Positions 1 to 13,831 of a stretch of 64,000 nucleotides of DNA are shown here, one piece after another (position 1 is the first letter of the stretch; each line of letters starts with the position of its first letter). The position numbers were made by a program, and so were the translations under genes. This DNA is from Octopus vulgaris. Taxonomy: Eukaryota. The stretch covers positions 26,722,001 to 26,786,000 of the forward strand of contig OX597821.1 of the NCBI GenBank assembly GCA_951406725.2, read 5' to 3'. Below the pieces are notes generated by a model. That model had not been told where the DNA came from. It made no database searches and saw only the letters and a program-made list of their open reading frames with translations.

Positions 1-217
1 AGTTGTTTCAGTCATTCGACTGCGGATATGCTAGGACATAACCGTGAATGGTTTAGAAGAACAAATGAAAACCAGTACTATTTTTTAAAATCTCGTGCTT
101 AATCTATCGGCTAATTTTTGTGTAAAGGCAAAGTTATCAAGCAGTGGTGGTGGTGGTAGGACTAAAACAAAGCAAAGACTACACAATTGGGAGGCAAGCA
201 ACTTATTACGCGTTCGC

Positions 218-286
<69 letters not shown>

Positions 287-1183
287 AAAAAATGGATGAA
301 CAGATTCATTTCAATTATCGACTTACAGATATTACCAATTCATATTATTTATTAACTACATAAATAGGAACATCCAAATCCCCAAAAAACAAAACAATAT
401 ACATCAATATGTAAGATAATAATACCATAAGAACAATACATATAAATATAAAATGGATCTTACAGCTGTTTCAGCCTGTAGATAAAGGTATCTCATTCTG
501 CCTATATTAGTCAAATGTATTGAGGTAATATGCAGTAAAAAATGAGTTACTTATATATATACAAATTTATGTGACCCCTCTCCACCCCCCAAAAAACGAT
601 GAGCAAACACAAAAAACAACAACGCGAGTAAAGACGATCAGAGACGGAAAGAAAGATGGTTTAACGTTCGAGCAAACCTCTTCTTCATAAACAGAGGAAA
701 GTCCATAAACGGAGGAATATATATATATATATATATACACGCATATAAACACAGATACTTATTAATGACAAAGTGAGGGATTGAGTTCTCAACCCCATAT
801 CGGTGGATACATAATTTCTATAATAAAATTCATAGTCTAATACCACTGGTTTCATGTCAGTACATTCAGTAGGCGTATTGATAATGTAGAATCCAAGAGT
901 GCTGCATAAGATTTTGTGAGATTTTCGACAACAGGAGCTCTATTAGTGACATAGAAAAGAAATATAACTTTAATATTTCATTTTTTATTTGCTTCAATAA
1001 TTAGACTGCAGCCATGATGTTTTAGTTGAAGGATTCGACTCCAGTACTTACTTTTTGCAAAGACTGGTGTTCATTCTACTATTCTATTGTTACAGAACAG
1101 CTAAGTCACGGAAACGCAAACACACTAATGCCGGTTGCCAAGGGGTGGTGGTGGTGGGAAATCACTAATACTATCTATCCCCG

Positions 1184-1216
<33 letters not shown>

Positions 1217-1454
1217 TATGGCGAGTTTCAGTTTCTCTCTTTGGTCAGCCAAAAGCTATAGTAGAAGACACCCCCAGTGGGGGCTGAACTCGGAACTATA
1301 TAGTTGGGAATCAAACTTTTTACCACACAGCTACGCCTGCGCCAGGGTAAAGGATAATAAGTAAACAATCATTGAGGGACTATTGTACTGATTATTTCCT
1401 TTGTGGCTCGTCTATAAGCTAAGAATTGAGAAATGCCTTCGCATTAGCTGTATT

Positions 1455-1895
1455 GGATCTTTTCGGTTTGAACGGCAATTTTTAACATAATTTCTAGGTA
1501 ACAAAAAAAATTTTAAACTTCGTATACTGATAGAATGTGTTTATAAAACATCTTTTTCTTTTGGCTTTATTGAGAAAATTCTATAGTTTGTAAGATATTT
1601 GTTGTTTTCTTTCTTCAATTTCTGCAATTTCAACCAATCACTGACGTCTATTGAGGTAAAAACATTCTGTGCCGTATGAATATGTCCCTCGTTTAAGAAA
1701 CAGATTGGGTTTATTTACATTTATGAAGAAAGAAATATACCCTTCCCCCCACCTCTAACCCTAACCCTAACCCTAACTAACCCTAACCCTAAAACAGATT
1801 GAAATGCAATAGATCAATACTAGGGTCATAATTATGGGTGACAATTTCATATGACACCGCTAGAAAAAAAACTGCCGTTCAAACCGAAAAGATCC
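1455..1895 (+). mobile_element. Non-autonomous DNA transposon (MITE) copy 1, Merlin-like, with internal telomere-like repeats
   Basis: TIRs GGATCTTTTCGGTTTGAACGGCA...TGCCGTTCAAACCGAAAAGATCC; exact 8-bp TSD GCTGTATT (1447-1454 / 1896-1903); internal (TAACCC)n at ~1756-1792. Merlin assignment inferred from GG termini plus 8-bp TSD. Confidence 0.9.
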
Positions 1896-2179
1896 GCTGT
1901 ATTCACGTTCCTGGGCGGCATGCTTTTGCATGCATATCGTTATGTTTTCAGTATTTTATCACTTCTGTTTCTCATTCGACCTGACTGGTGTGGTGTGACC
2001 GAATTACTTCAGTATAGTGCAATGACTAGACGGTTACAATGGGCAATTGTGAGTAGAACATACAGTATATTATGTGACATAGGAAACGTATATATACCGG
2101 GAAGGCATTTAGAGAGAGGTATTCTGAGATCACGTCTAAGTTAATTCTCCGCCCATTGTCAATATGTATATACATTTAA

Positions 2180-2410
2180 GGCGGTGAGCTGGCAGAATCG
2201 TTAGCACTCCGGGCGAAATGCATAGCCGTATTTCGTCTGCCGTTAGGATCTGAGTTCAAATTCCGCCGAGGTCGACTTTGCCTTTCATCCTTTCGGGGTC
2301 GATAAATTAAGTACCACTTACGCACTGGGGTCGATGTAATCGACTTAATCCGTTTGTCTGTCCTTGTTGGTCCCCTCTATGTTTAGCCCCTTGTGGGTAG
2401 TAAAGAAATA
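2180..2410 (+). mobile_element. tRNA-derived SINE, family A
   Basis: Head GGCGGTGAGCTGGCAGAATCGTTAGCAC, B-box-like GAGTTCAAATTCC, body GCCTTTCATCCTTTCGGGGTCGATAAATTAAGTACC, tail TAAAGAAATA; 12-bp TSD TATATACATTTA. Many copies in the window. Confidence 0.9.
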
Positions 2411-2666
2411 TTATATACATTTACAATGTTTCAAATGGCAAACGTAAATGTGTTTTCGCACGAAGCTTATAGCATTGAGCTATTGAACTTATATTATATA
2501 TACATATTTATATATATATAACTTATAAATAAGGGCAAACGAAAAAATTTCTAATGCCAAATATGCCGAAATTAGACACATTGTCCATAACCATTATACA
2601 TTTTTCACAATACGCACGCTACTCAAAAAAGGTCGACAGAAATTTCTAAAAAACTCCATTATTACC

Positions 2667-2720
2667 ATATCGGACCGATTTCAGGGTTAGTTCGTAAGAA
2701 CCCTCCCTTCGTCAGTGATA
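2667..2720 (-). ncRNA. Minimal type I hammerhead ribozyme-like motif (PLE-associated)
   Basis: Minus strand: TATCA CTGACGA AGGG-(hairpin)-CCCT GAAA TCGGTC CGATA. Canonical CUGANGA/GAAA core and GUC triplet; stems I and III each carry one imperfect pair. Confidence 0.6.
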
Positions 2721-2811
2721 AATGTGGCAAAGAAATAAATGAGATACTCATACCCATGGAAGAAACAAACACTAAGTCATGAGCACGAGAGACTCTCTCA
2801 CTATATATATA

Positions 2812-3012
2812 TGTGACCTCGTGTGTACCGTTGGCGATTTTTTTTCCCTCTGTCTTCCCTTCTCGGGATCTTTCCTTCTCCTATGTTTCCGACAAAGAGC
2901 TCCGCTCGAAACGTTAAACCCTCCTTCTTCCCTTCTTTCCTGAGCGTCCAATAATACTATATATGTTCCACGTCCTCGCGTTGTTGTGTTTTTTGTGTTT
3001 TATTGTTTGGAT

Positions 3013-3016
<4 letters not shown>
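2812..3016 (+). mobile_element. Short PLE-terminus-like non-autonomous element in (TA)n, with hammerhead-like motif at 2885-2919
   Basis: Near-identical inverted copy at ~34940-35140 and related copies at ~597-718 and ~3250-3380; flanked by (TA)n; contains GTTT CCGACAA A GAGC TCC GCTC GAAAC GTT AAAC. Confidence 0.65.
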
Positions 3017-3063
<47 letters not shown>

Positions 3064-4922
3064 CTTCTTAATTTTATTAAAGGGTACACAAGCACAAGCT
3101 TGCTAGAGAGAGGAAATAAAAAACCTCAACTTAATCAATTAGCAATGTTACTGAAAATATGTAACGGACCAAGAGAAAACGGGCAAACGTGTACTCTCTA
3201 ATATAATTAATAATTTATTGCATAGCTGTTTAATGCTAATATCGCTTGCTGCCACAAGGAAGGAAACAAAGGTGGTTTTATGTTTAGAGCAAACCTCTTC
3301 TGCAGAAATAGAGAGAAGTCCAATGCAAAAGGAAGACGGAGGAAAAAAATTGCCAACTATTCACCTCTGGTTACATTTTGAAATTATATATACATACATC
3401 TGTGTGTGTGTGTGTGTGTGTGTATGTGTGTTTGTGTGTATACACAGCGCAGGCATAATTGTGAGGTTAGGAAGACCTTGGGGACACCTTGGGCAAGTGT
3501 TTTTTTTACATCAGCCCTCCTGAAACATCGTGTGTGAATTCGGTAAACGGAACTGCGTGAAAGCCGGTCGAATGTATATATATATGTACATATATAAATT
3601 TAACATACATACATACATACATACATACATACATACATACATACATACATACATACATACATACATACATACATGTGACGAAAGAACTCTGGCCCGAAAT
3701 AAGATTAAGATTAATGTAAAAAAAATAAATAACGCTGAAGCAAAGTAACACCAACTATATAGTGCGTGTGTTTTTATTGGCTAAACTGGCAAAATGACCA
3801 TTCCTAAATACAACAATATCTGTTTCAACACACGATTTCACATCAAAAATCTTGCAAAAAAATATACAAACGTAAACATTATGCTTTTCCACCTAATTTA
3901 GAGTTCTCACATATGGAATAACAGCGAGCCACAAGAGCATGGGGATTTGAAAAGTTTTATTCGTAAGTTGACAATAAGCCTGTAAATGGATAAGGACATA
4001 ATTTTGGGAGGTAACCAAACATATATATATATATGAAGAGAAAAGAACATATAGTGAAATATTATAATCTAGTAAATAGGAGTTTGGAAAAAACAGTTGA
4101 AACTATATATAATGTTAAATTGTATACGCTTGAGGTTTACGATATAAAAGTATTTGAACTACAAATCAAGAGGTCTTTATAACTGTATTGCTATAGTAAA
4201 TATTTAGTCGTAAGCTAGACTAATTGTTGGCATTAATTTCGTAGGGTCATAACTGAGATACGATATATTGGGTGGCATTGAGATCGAGATATTGTAGGGA
4301 CTACGATTAATGAGATATTTGATGTTTTAAACTATTGTAATTCTACTTTCGTGATAAGTAATTCAAAAACTATTTTTGTTACACGCATTAACACTGCTCT
4401 ATTTAATCTCTTTTTATGTTGGAAATGTTCAATAGTCATTAAAATAAAATCTAGTTCTTCCTTTCTAATCTGCTCAACAAAATCTGTTTGTTTGGTCAGA
4501 TTTTTACGAGAATGTTTGTTTTACTTCAGCTTATTTTCATTGCGGTATGTATATGATGGTTCACATTTCGTTCTCTATCTCTCATTTTTTATCAAGTTTA
4601 GTGGGAATGCTAAGCGTTCTAATCCATAAATCAATAAAATGTGTCTATAGACATCTTAATACTCTGCTTCTTATAATTTACGATCAGACCAGATTTTATT
4701 ACAACATCGTAATAAAATGATTGGTGAGCTCTGTATTAGTAGTAACATATATGTTTCTGCCATACTGAGCTTGCAGCTCGCTTTCTATCTCAAGTTGATA
4801 CCAATTCATTTAAACTGCTGATATACTTCACAGGGACATGGTTATTGTTATTTAGAACCAGGGAAACTCTAACCTAGAAGATCTATGATCAAGGCAATCC
4901 ACTATTCCATGTGTTTTTACAT

Positions 4923-5314
4923 CATGGTTGGATGGAAGCACTCCGTCGGCTACGACGACGAGGGTTCCGGTTGATCCGATCAACGGAACAGCCTGCTCGT
5001 GAAATTAACGTGTAAGTGGCTGAGCATTCCACAAACACGTGTACCCTTAACGTAGTTCTCGGGGATATTCAGCGTGACACAGAGAGTGACAAGGCCGGCC
5101 CTTTGAAATACAGGTACAACAGAAACAGGAAGTAAGAGTGAGAGAAAGTTGTGGTGAAAGAGTACAGCAGGGATCACCACCATCCCCTGCCGGAGCCTCA
5201 TGGAGCTTTAGGTGTTTTCGCTCAATAAACACTCACAACGTCCAGTCTGGGAATCGAAACCGCGATCCTACGACCGCGAGTCCGCTACCCTAACCACTGG
5301 GCCATTGCGCCTCC
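4923..5314 (-). mobile_element. tRNA-derived SINE, family C
   Basis: Minus-strand head GGAGGCGCAATGGCCCAGTGGTTAGGG (A box) ... GGTTTCGATTCCC (B box); 10-bp TSD GTTTTTACAT (4913-4922 / 5315-5324). Confidence 0.9.
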
Positions 5315-6429
5315 GTTTTTACATATAGGGCTAAATTATCCAGTGTGTCCGTAGGATGAAGAGTAAAGTCGGTCACGGCGGAATCTGAACTCGGAACGTA
5401 AGGTGAGGAGAAAATCCACTATGCCTAGTTTTATCCTAGCTTTAGTGAACAGTTTTTATACAGTCTGCTCATAACTCAAATGGTGATTAATTTCACCAAG
5501 AAACAAGGTTCAGTATGCAAAAAGAAGCAATACAGTGTAAAATGAAAATGATTAGAAGACAGAGGATGTAAAAGTAATCGATTACGAGAGAATTATAAAA
5601 TAAAAAAAAAAATATGGCATCAACGCAACATATTTAGCCTGGTTATGTATTGTTTTGACCTTCTTCATTGCACTGTACCATATTGTAATAACGTACAATT
5701 TTGCTTCTTTTATCTTACTATTAATGGGTGTATTGGTTCGTTACATCAAACGAAATTTATGCTTACCTACCTAACTGCATAGATACTTAGACACACACAT
5801 ACATACAGCACATACGTATACACATGTAAAAAAAAATATATTTTAATAAAGGTCTTAGCTGTATGAGAATACAAAACAACTAAAAACGTGAACTAAATAA
5901 AGGACAGTCTCCCTGACATACAGTCGCACACATATACGTACATAATTTAATAAATATTTTCGATATATAGAAAAAATATCTTAGTTGACTGAAGTAGTCA
6001 ATATGTAAAGAAGACTTTTTTTTTTATCATTTTGGTTTGGTTGGCATATAATAACAGTGAAGTCACTTGCAGGGTTTTCAAACTGTACAAAAAAATATCA
6101 CTTGATGGTATATAGATTATGTTGTCTCTGAATACATTTGAGTGATAACAATTACATACTATAAACTGACACAAGGTTTATTATATCAGCTATGAAAAAG
6201 ATGAGTTAGGAACATTGGCTTGGTGAAGCATCGAGGTTTCAATAAGGGCTGTGAGATAAGATTGGCTTTGAGCAAAATTGATTCAAGCGGAATGAAAGAG
6301 GGACACTATATACTTGGGGAAAATAACTTTGAGGGGAACGAAGATATATATCATAGTAATAGTATAATGATAATAATTATAGTACCCCTTTCTGCTGTAG
6401 GTATAAGGCCTGGTAGGTATTTATATGCC

Positions 6430-6765
6430 TCGAAAGGATGAAGAGTAAAGTTGGTCACGGCGGAATCTGAACTCGGAACGTAAGGTCAAGAGAAAATCCA
6501 CCATGCATTTTGCCCGGTGTGCTAACAGTTCTGCTAGCTCTCCTCCTAACAATGGTTTCCAATTTTGGCACAAGTCCACCAAGTTCGAGGGATGGAGTAA
6601 GTCGATTACATCGACCTCAGTGCTCAACTTGTACTTACTTTATGACTTCTAAAGGATGAAAGGCAAAGTCGACCTTGGCGGAATTTGAACTCAGAATGTA
6701 AGGACAGATGAAGTGCCGCTAAGCATTTTTCCCGGCGTGCTAACGGTTCCGCGAGCTCGCCGCCT
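6430..6765 (-). mobile_element. Two tandem decayed family A SINE copies
   Basis: Reverse complement of the family A head/body twice (AGGATGAAAGGCAAAGTCGAC...GCTCGCCGCC and a more diverged copy). Confidence 0.8.
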
Positions 6766-6892
6766 TAATAATAACAATAATTATCCTTTCTACGATAAGC
6801 ACAAGGCCTGAAATTTGTGGGGAGGCGACTACTCAATTACGTCGACCCAACTATTTAGCTGGTACTTAATTAACGCTTCTACCATATCACCG

Positions 6893-6946
<54 letters not shown>

Positions 6947-6954
6947 TAATAATA

Positions 6955-9900
6955 ATTATTATTATTATTCTTTCTTTATTGGCTTAAAGGGCCACTAGGG
7001 CCGAACACAAAACATAGAGGACGATATACAGACGATGGACAATGAGGTTAAACTTGTAAACAGTCAACAAACACAACGATTAACAAGGAGATTAAATCAA
7101 CAATATGCTTCCCCAATAGGAGGCAGTTACCAAAGAGACTTTACGCTCTTTGGACCCCTTAACACCAACAGATCTCCAGGAAGGTATCCTCTCCTCTCCC
7201 TTCCATACGGTGTACTGGCGGACAATTAGAATAGGCCCATTGAGGCGGGCCATTCTTGTCACATTCGCCCACCTTTCAACGAACGTACTGGGTGACAGTA
7301 TCTCCCTCTCCAGCCTCACTTTCCTTTGCAGGTGGAACCGCGAGAAGTTAATGAGGCATCGGTCAAAGAGGAGGGTACCCATCTTTAACCCTTTCAATCG
7401 CTTCCACCATACAACCTCTTTTGTCATAGCCACCAGACCAATCCCTTATAGAACTACAAGGTGAAACTTCCACCGACCACATTGTCATACTGGATGAGGG
7501 CTGTGAGCGCTTGGAGACACTCTAGGTGCCAATAGACCTGCCTCGGTCTACGCCTGATCCAGGACTGTAACTCTGTCAAGGAGACAGGCTGCGGCAAAGC
7601 GCTTTCAGCAAACGGTAACCACTCTTGCTCACCTTTAAGATATCGCTCGAGATGCCGCAGCCTCAGCGCATACCTACGCATCTTCAGCCACGGCATGCAC
7701 AGTCCCCCATGCAAAGGGTGCTGATAGCAAATGAACCGTCTGACAAGCGGTACCCTCACTTCTACAGGAAGCGGAAGAGCAAACGCACCAGCCCGTTCTG
7801 TCACGAACCGGGGCAAGGGACGAGAGTCAAGCGATAGTACATGACGGATGCGATGTACGCATTCGCCACTGTCACCCGTCTTTCAGGTACAGATTCATTT
7901 CGGTCCATTTCTGGGTGAGACTGGCCACCCTGTCCGTCACCTCGTCTCAGTTCTTGTCCACTTAGAGATTCGGACCGAACCAGAACCCGAGCAACTAAAC
8001 AGGTCCTTCCGTCCAATGCCTCACCACGCTGTTGGTTGGCATGAGCCTGCCTCTCCAGGTGCCGAGTTGTAGCTCCACTGACTTCTTCTAATTAATCATT
8101 GTTCATGCCAGCGCGTTGTATTCCCTAAGAGTAGTGCCGATCTCATCCCGATTTCCAAGATGTCCGACACTATCACGGTGATGTCGTCCGTCTGCGCTGC
8201 TACGAACGTTCCGCATCCCAGGTCACGCAGGATGTCCCCCCACCGAAACCTCCAGCTTCCGAAGTAATAGCTCGATCGTTAGTAGTTAGAGAAGGGTTGA
8301 AAGTGGGCATCCATAACGGACCGAACGTGCGATACTAAACGATTCCGAGAGGTGGCCATTTACTTCGGCCAAATGTCGCTATACATCGCAGTGGTTCAGC
8401 CTCTGAAAACGGGGCCGAAACCAGCCGCCATGAGGAGAGCCTCCAAGTACAGGTAGCCGACGCTATCAAAAGGTTTCGATTGATCCAAATGGATCAGTGG
8501 CCCACCCATGCCAGGTTCTTTACCAAACCTCTCTATGATGTATCACGTGAGGTGGAGGTTCTCAGATATAGTTCTGCTGGGGATAGCACAAGTCTTCGCA
8601 TCACTCACCAGTCTGTCAACGACAAGTGCCAACCTCTTTGCTAACACCTTGGCTAAAATTTAGTAATGTGTATTTAGCAGTGTTACCGGTCTAAATTTGT
8701 TCGGATCCTTTCTCAGTAGCGTCACCAAATTTCGGGTCACAGATCCGGTTATTCTCCCATTTTGCTGCCAGTTGCGGTAGACGTGTCACAAAAGCTCACG
8801 AAACAAGTCTAGCATATGTATATAAAGATCGAAGGACAGACCATCTAACCCCGGAGATTTCTCTCTTGTGCAACTAGCCAATGTATCACGTATATCCTCA
8901 GCTGTTATCAGCATTTCGCAGAAGTCCACGTCCCTGGCCGAAAGCCATGCCATACCATCAAGGTGAAGTTCATATCCACCTTCGGGCCACTGCACACCCC
9001 TTACAGTTCTGCAAAATGCCGCTGAAATCCGCACAAGCGTGCTTCCACTCATGTAGCATGCGCCCGTCCCGATCCCTCAAAGACCGAATTGTAGTCTTAT
9101 TACCACGTTGTGCCTCGGCCACCCAGCTCCTTCGAACGGCTTTTGTTCCTTCTTGCTGTAGAGCACGCACCCTAGCTCTGACGATGCGCCTTTCATGCTT
9201 GGTGATGAAATATTGGTTGAGAACCAATCTAGCAGTCAGCACGTCGATCGCTGTGCCTCTGCTGAGTGCCACTTCTAATTTTCTAACTAGGTCTCCCTCT
9301 ACTCTAGTATTCTCTATCCCTAGTTCTCTGCTAAATTTTACAGCTTCTAATCTAATCGCCCGTTTCAGCCCCACCCCACCATTGGTTGTAGACGACTGCA
9401 CCCGTAAACTTTCGATGGACTAACTTCCTAAGCGGGTCTCTGAAAGCTTCACGCGCCGGGAAGGAAAGGTTTAGCTTCCAGTATCTGGGTCCCTGCTCAT
9501 GGAGCCTTTATAGGTCAACCGCACAGATCACAAATTTGTAGTCTGTGCAATTCAAATTGTGGACACCCTATGCAATTCCTATCTGCTGACCTACAAAATT
9601 ACCCTATTTAGATAAGATCTGGATAACCCGCCACTGTTTGTCCTCACTAAAGTATTCGGGAAATCCAGTCTGAACCTGTCCGCCATCAGGAAACGATTGA
9701 GCTGGTTTGTGAGGCTTGCACACCCCACTTACTGATCCACTACACCCACCCAATCTATACGTGCCTCCAAAATAGCGCCCCAATCGTCCACTAACACTAA
9801 AGAGCACAACGTCCCTAGAAAGACCAACAGGGGTCTGAAGAACTTCGGCTGCCCAGCTCCCGTCGGTACCTTGATTATCGTTCACGTCCAGAACCACTAA

Positions 9901-10729
9901 CTTACCTTCCGTGTTCAGGAAGACCGATCGTATCTCAAGATCCAGGGCTTGTCTGAACAACACTGCCACCCTATCGAAAATTGGAGCCAAGACTCGTGTG
10001 TCCAGATCCTGGTCTCATTGATGGCTATTACGTCCAGACTTATCCACATGAGGTCGTTGCACAAGCATCCTTGCTTCCACGACGACCCCAGGCCACATAC
10101 ATTTATAAACCTATTTTTAGAATCACCATGAAAGGGTAAAGAGAGTCTCAGTTACCCTCCTGGTGCTGTTTGTGGTTGAGTGGCATTCCCACACTGTCTG
10201 TTTTGTTGGGTTCCTCTGGGAACTCTCTTAAAAGCCATCTGCTAGCCGTTACACTAGGAAATCCAATGTCATACGGGTAACTCTGCTTAATGCTCGTATA
10301 AATCTCTAATATCAATCGCAACATCATTAGGCTCTCCGGTACTCCAAAAGTGTTGGGGCTGCAGATCTACCCCTCTGCTTTAGTGTTCTGGTTTTGTGCT
10401 ATGAGAGCCATCAGCTTTTTATAGGCCCTCCTCACTAGCACGAGATTCCGCAGCTGCGCGGTTAGTTGTTGTTGTAGTGAGATTTTTCTTTTTAATCTTT
10501 TATTGTATTTTTGATTCAGTTGTGGATGTTTGTGGTGGTGTTGGTGATTATGGTACTTGTAATGTTGGTGTTGTCATCAGTGTGTCTGTGTTTGCCGTTT
10601 CTTGGATTTCTCCCTTTTTTTCTGTGTCAGTTTCTTGTTTTTGGTTTTGCTTCTTGGGCTTCTCCCTCATCATCACTTGGATGCGTGGAGGAGGCCGTGT
10701 CTTGTATGTTTTCTTCTCGTGTTGTTGTT

Positions 10730-10760
<31 letters not shown>

Positions 10761-10913
10761 TTGTTGTTGTTGTTGCCACTGCTGTTGTTGTTGTTGCTAC
10801 TGCTACTGAAGCTTCCGCCACCGCTGCTGGTGCTACTCCCAAGTAGTGAGGAAGACTTTACTCCTTCCTCCTCTCGCCTTATTTCTGCTTTTCGTCATTC
10901 TTCTTTTCTTGAC

Positions 10914-10915
<2 letters not shown>
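6955..10915 (-). mobile_element. Decayed Tx1/L1-clade LINE (ORF1 C-terminal region, ORF2 pseudogene, 3' UTR)
   Basis: ORF2 start ATG at 10129; APE endonuclease motifs INVCGLG and DVIAINETR; KSPGLDG; LDQSKPFDSV (LDxxKAFDxV); QTDDITVI (YADD-like); ANAYIASVMYYRL. AATAAA then an (AAT)n tail at ~6955-6980. Many stops and frameshifts. ORF1 assignment of 10140-10915 is positional only. Confidence 0.85.
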
Positions 10916-10944
<29 letters not shown>

Positions 10945-11118
10945 CTTCTTCTTCTTCTTCTTCTTCTTCTTCTTCTTCTTCATCTTCTTCTTCTTCTTCT
11001 TCTTCTTCTTCCTTCTTCTTCTTCTTCTTCTTCTTCTTCTTCTTCTTCTTCTTCTTCTTCTCCTTCTTCTTCTTCTTTCTTCTTCTTCTTCTTCTTCTTC
11101 TTCTTCTTCTTCTTCTTC
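10916..11118. repeat. (TTC)n / (GAA)n microsatellite
   Basis: About 200 bp of near-perfect TTC repeat between two LINE fragments. Confidence 0.98.
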
Positions 11119-11119
11119 A

Positions 11120-11875
11120 TCCTGTTGTTTCTCGTACTCTATTTCTTTCTATCACTAATTCCTTACTAGACCTAAACGGTTCCACCCTTATACTCCTTTT
11201 CAGGGCAAACCACCGTTTATTGTTGAGGATGACCCCATTAATGCCCGCTTAACTAATTCGCTAATCCATTCTCTGTAATCTTGGCACTCCGGGAGTGACA
11301 CGTTCCGATTCCTGTAGCCTGGTCGCTGCCTATAAAGCCTATCCAGGTCCACTGGGTACATCAAAAATTTGTAGTCTGTGTATCCGACGATTTAAAAAAG
11401 TGGACAATTTATGCTATCTTTATCTACTAGCCTACAGACTATTCGTATGCGTTTCGTTCATGTCCATGCCGGCTTATTCGGGAAATCCAGATGAGGTCTG
11501 TCAGTCAATCGAAAATGTCAGATCAGGTTTGTAGGCTTTTTCACCCTACCTCTACTAACACCTAACTCCATACAATCTAAACGTGCGTCCAAGATAGCGT
11601 TCCAGTCACCCATTAGCACAAAAAGGTCGAGACGTTCCCAGGAAGACCTCCAGAAGTCTGAGGTATTCTGGTTTTCCTGACCACCTCGTACCAAAAATAG
11701 CCACCAGCCTGAAAGCATCTCCATCACTACTACTCAGATCCCAGACCACCAACTTACTTTCTGAGTCCAGAAAGATGGCCCTTATCTTGAAATCTAAACC
11801 TTTCCGGAACAACACCAAAGTTCCATCTCCCCCCACCTATTCCCGGTTGACATGGAGATAAGGAACTCTCATATC
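11120..11875 (-). mobile_element. Second Tx1-like LINE fragment (endonuclease region)
   Basis: Peptides VLFRKGLDFKIRAIFLDSESKLVV, VLMGDWNAILDARLD and WFALKRSIRVE are paralogous to 9300-9990. Confidence 0.8.
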
Positions 11876-12558
11876 GAGCAATTTAGTTGTTTATCTAAAA
11901 TATTGATAGCATATCTACAAAATAATTTTAAAAAATGACTTCTTAACCCATTTTCTTCGTATACTACATAATTTTTCTTTTACGCTTAAAAACCTATCAG
12001 TATTGTAAAAAAATGTTTTTACAAAAATTAACATAACTACCCTACCATAACCTACACCGCTTCGACCACCATCATCATCACCACCACCACCACCACTACC
12101 ACTGCTATTATCAAGTAAATAACTCTTTGCTCAAGGAAAGCGGACATTAGTTATTATTTACAGGTTATTAAACAAATTATAGGATAATAATTTTCTTTTA
12201 TAATGCTATTAATAGCCCTTTCTAAGCTTTTAAAACTAATTCGAATATTCTTACGGTTTATACACAGAACTAATTTCCCCCTCCTACAATAAATATATAA
12301 ATACGAAATATAAACCTTATTTATTCTTGTATTACTAAAATATTTTTATAATCGTGAAAATAATCAATAATGACCATAGATGTATACACAGTTATATGAG
12401 ACTTGCCAACAAAGTTATTGATTTATTTTACTTTTTTATTAATAAAAAAAACTGGCAAGGATTTGAAATTTCTGGTTCTCCATCGAAATGATTCGTTCTA
12501 CCAACAGCATCCCAGCCGTTTTATCGCCAATGATCGCATACATACGTATATAATCAGC

Positions 12559-12750
12559 TTTTACTCTTTTACTTGTTTCAGTCATTTGACTGTGGCCATG
12601 CTGGAGTACTGCCTTTAATCAATCGAGAAAATCGATCCCAGGACTTATTCTTTGTAAACCTAGTACTTATTCTATCGGTTTCTTTTGCAGAACCGCTAAG
12701 TTACGGGAACGTAAACACATCAGCATCGGTTGTCAAGCGATGTAGGGGGA

Positions 12751-12842
<92 letters not shown>

Positions 12843-13005
12843 CATATATACGACGGGCTTCTTTCAGCTTCTCTCTGACAAATTCACTCACAAGGCTTTC
12901 GTCGGCCCGAGGCTATAGTAGAAAACACTTGCCCAAGGTGCCACGCAGTGGGACTGAGCCCGGAACTATGTGGTTGGTGAGCAAGCTACTCACCACACAC
13001 CCACT
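12559..13005 (-). mobile_element. tRNA-derived SINE, family B (CORE-like segment, internal microsatellite)
   Basis: Reverse complement of the family B consensus: CCCACTGCGTGGCACCTTGGGCAAGTG...(TA)n(TG)n...AAATGACTGAAACAAGTAAAAGAGTAAAAG. Confidence 0.9.
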
Positions 13006-13108
13006 ACTACGCTTTATTTACATTGGACTATTGATTCGGTTTCGAAGGTGATGGAGAGGCAGAATTATTTAAAAGCAGGGAAAGTACATCCTGGCATTTC
13101 GTCCGGCG

Positions 13109-13523
<415 letters not shown>

Positions 13524-13534
13524 TGCACTTGTGT

Positions 13535-13831
13535 GGGTGCAATGGCCCAGTGGTTAGGGCAGCGGACTCGCGGTCGTAGGATCGCGGTTTCGATTTCCAG
13601 ACCGGGCGTTGTGTGTGTTTATTGAGCGAAAACACCTAAAGCTTAACGAGGCTCCGGCAGGGTGGTGGGTGGCGATCCTTGCTGTACTCTTTCGCCTCAA
13701 CTTTCTCGCATTCTTTCTTTGGGTGGCCTGCTCGCTTACCCAGCGGGGTAGCGTCATATGAAGTCTAAAACAATGCGAAGTGCATTGTGACCAGCGATGT
13801 GTAGCAACATCTGATATCCTGGTTGGTCACG

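Noticed and set aside
1756-1792. Telomere or chromosome-fusion remnant
   Set aside because: The short (TAACCC)n block is an integral part of all four MITE copies.
5240-5314. tRNA gene-like sequences (also 13535, 24543, 24799, 50308)
   Set aside because: A and B boxes continue into SINE bodies and tails, one with a clear TSD; no intact cloverleaf.
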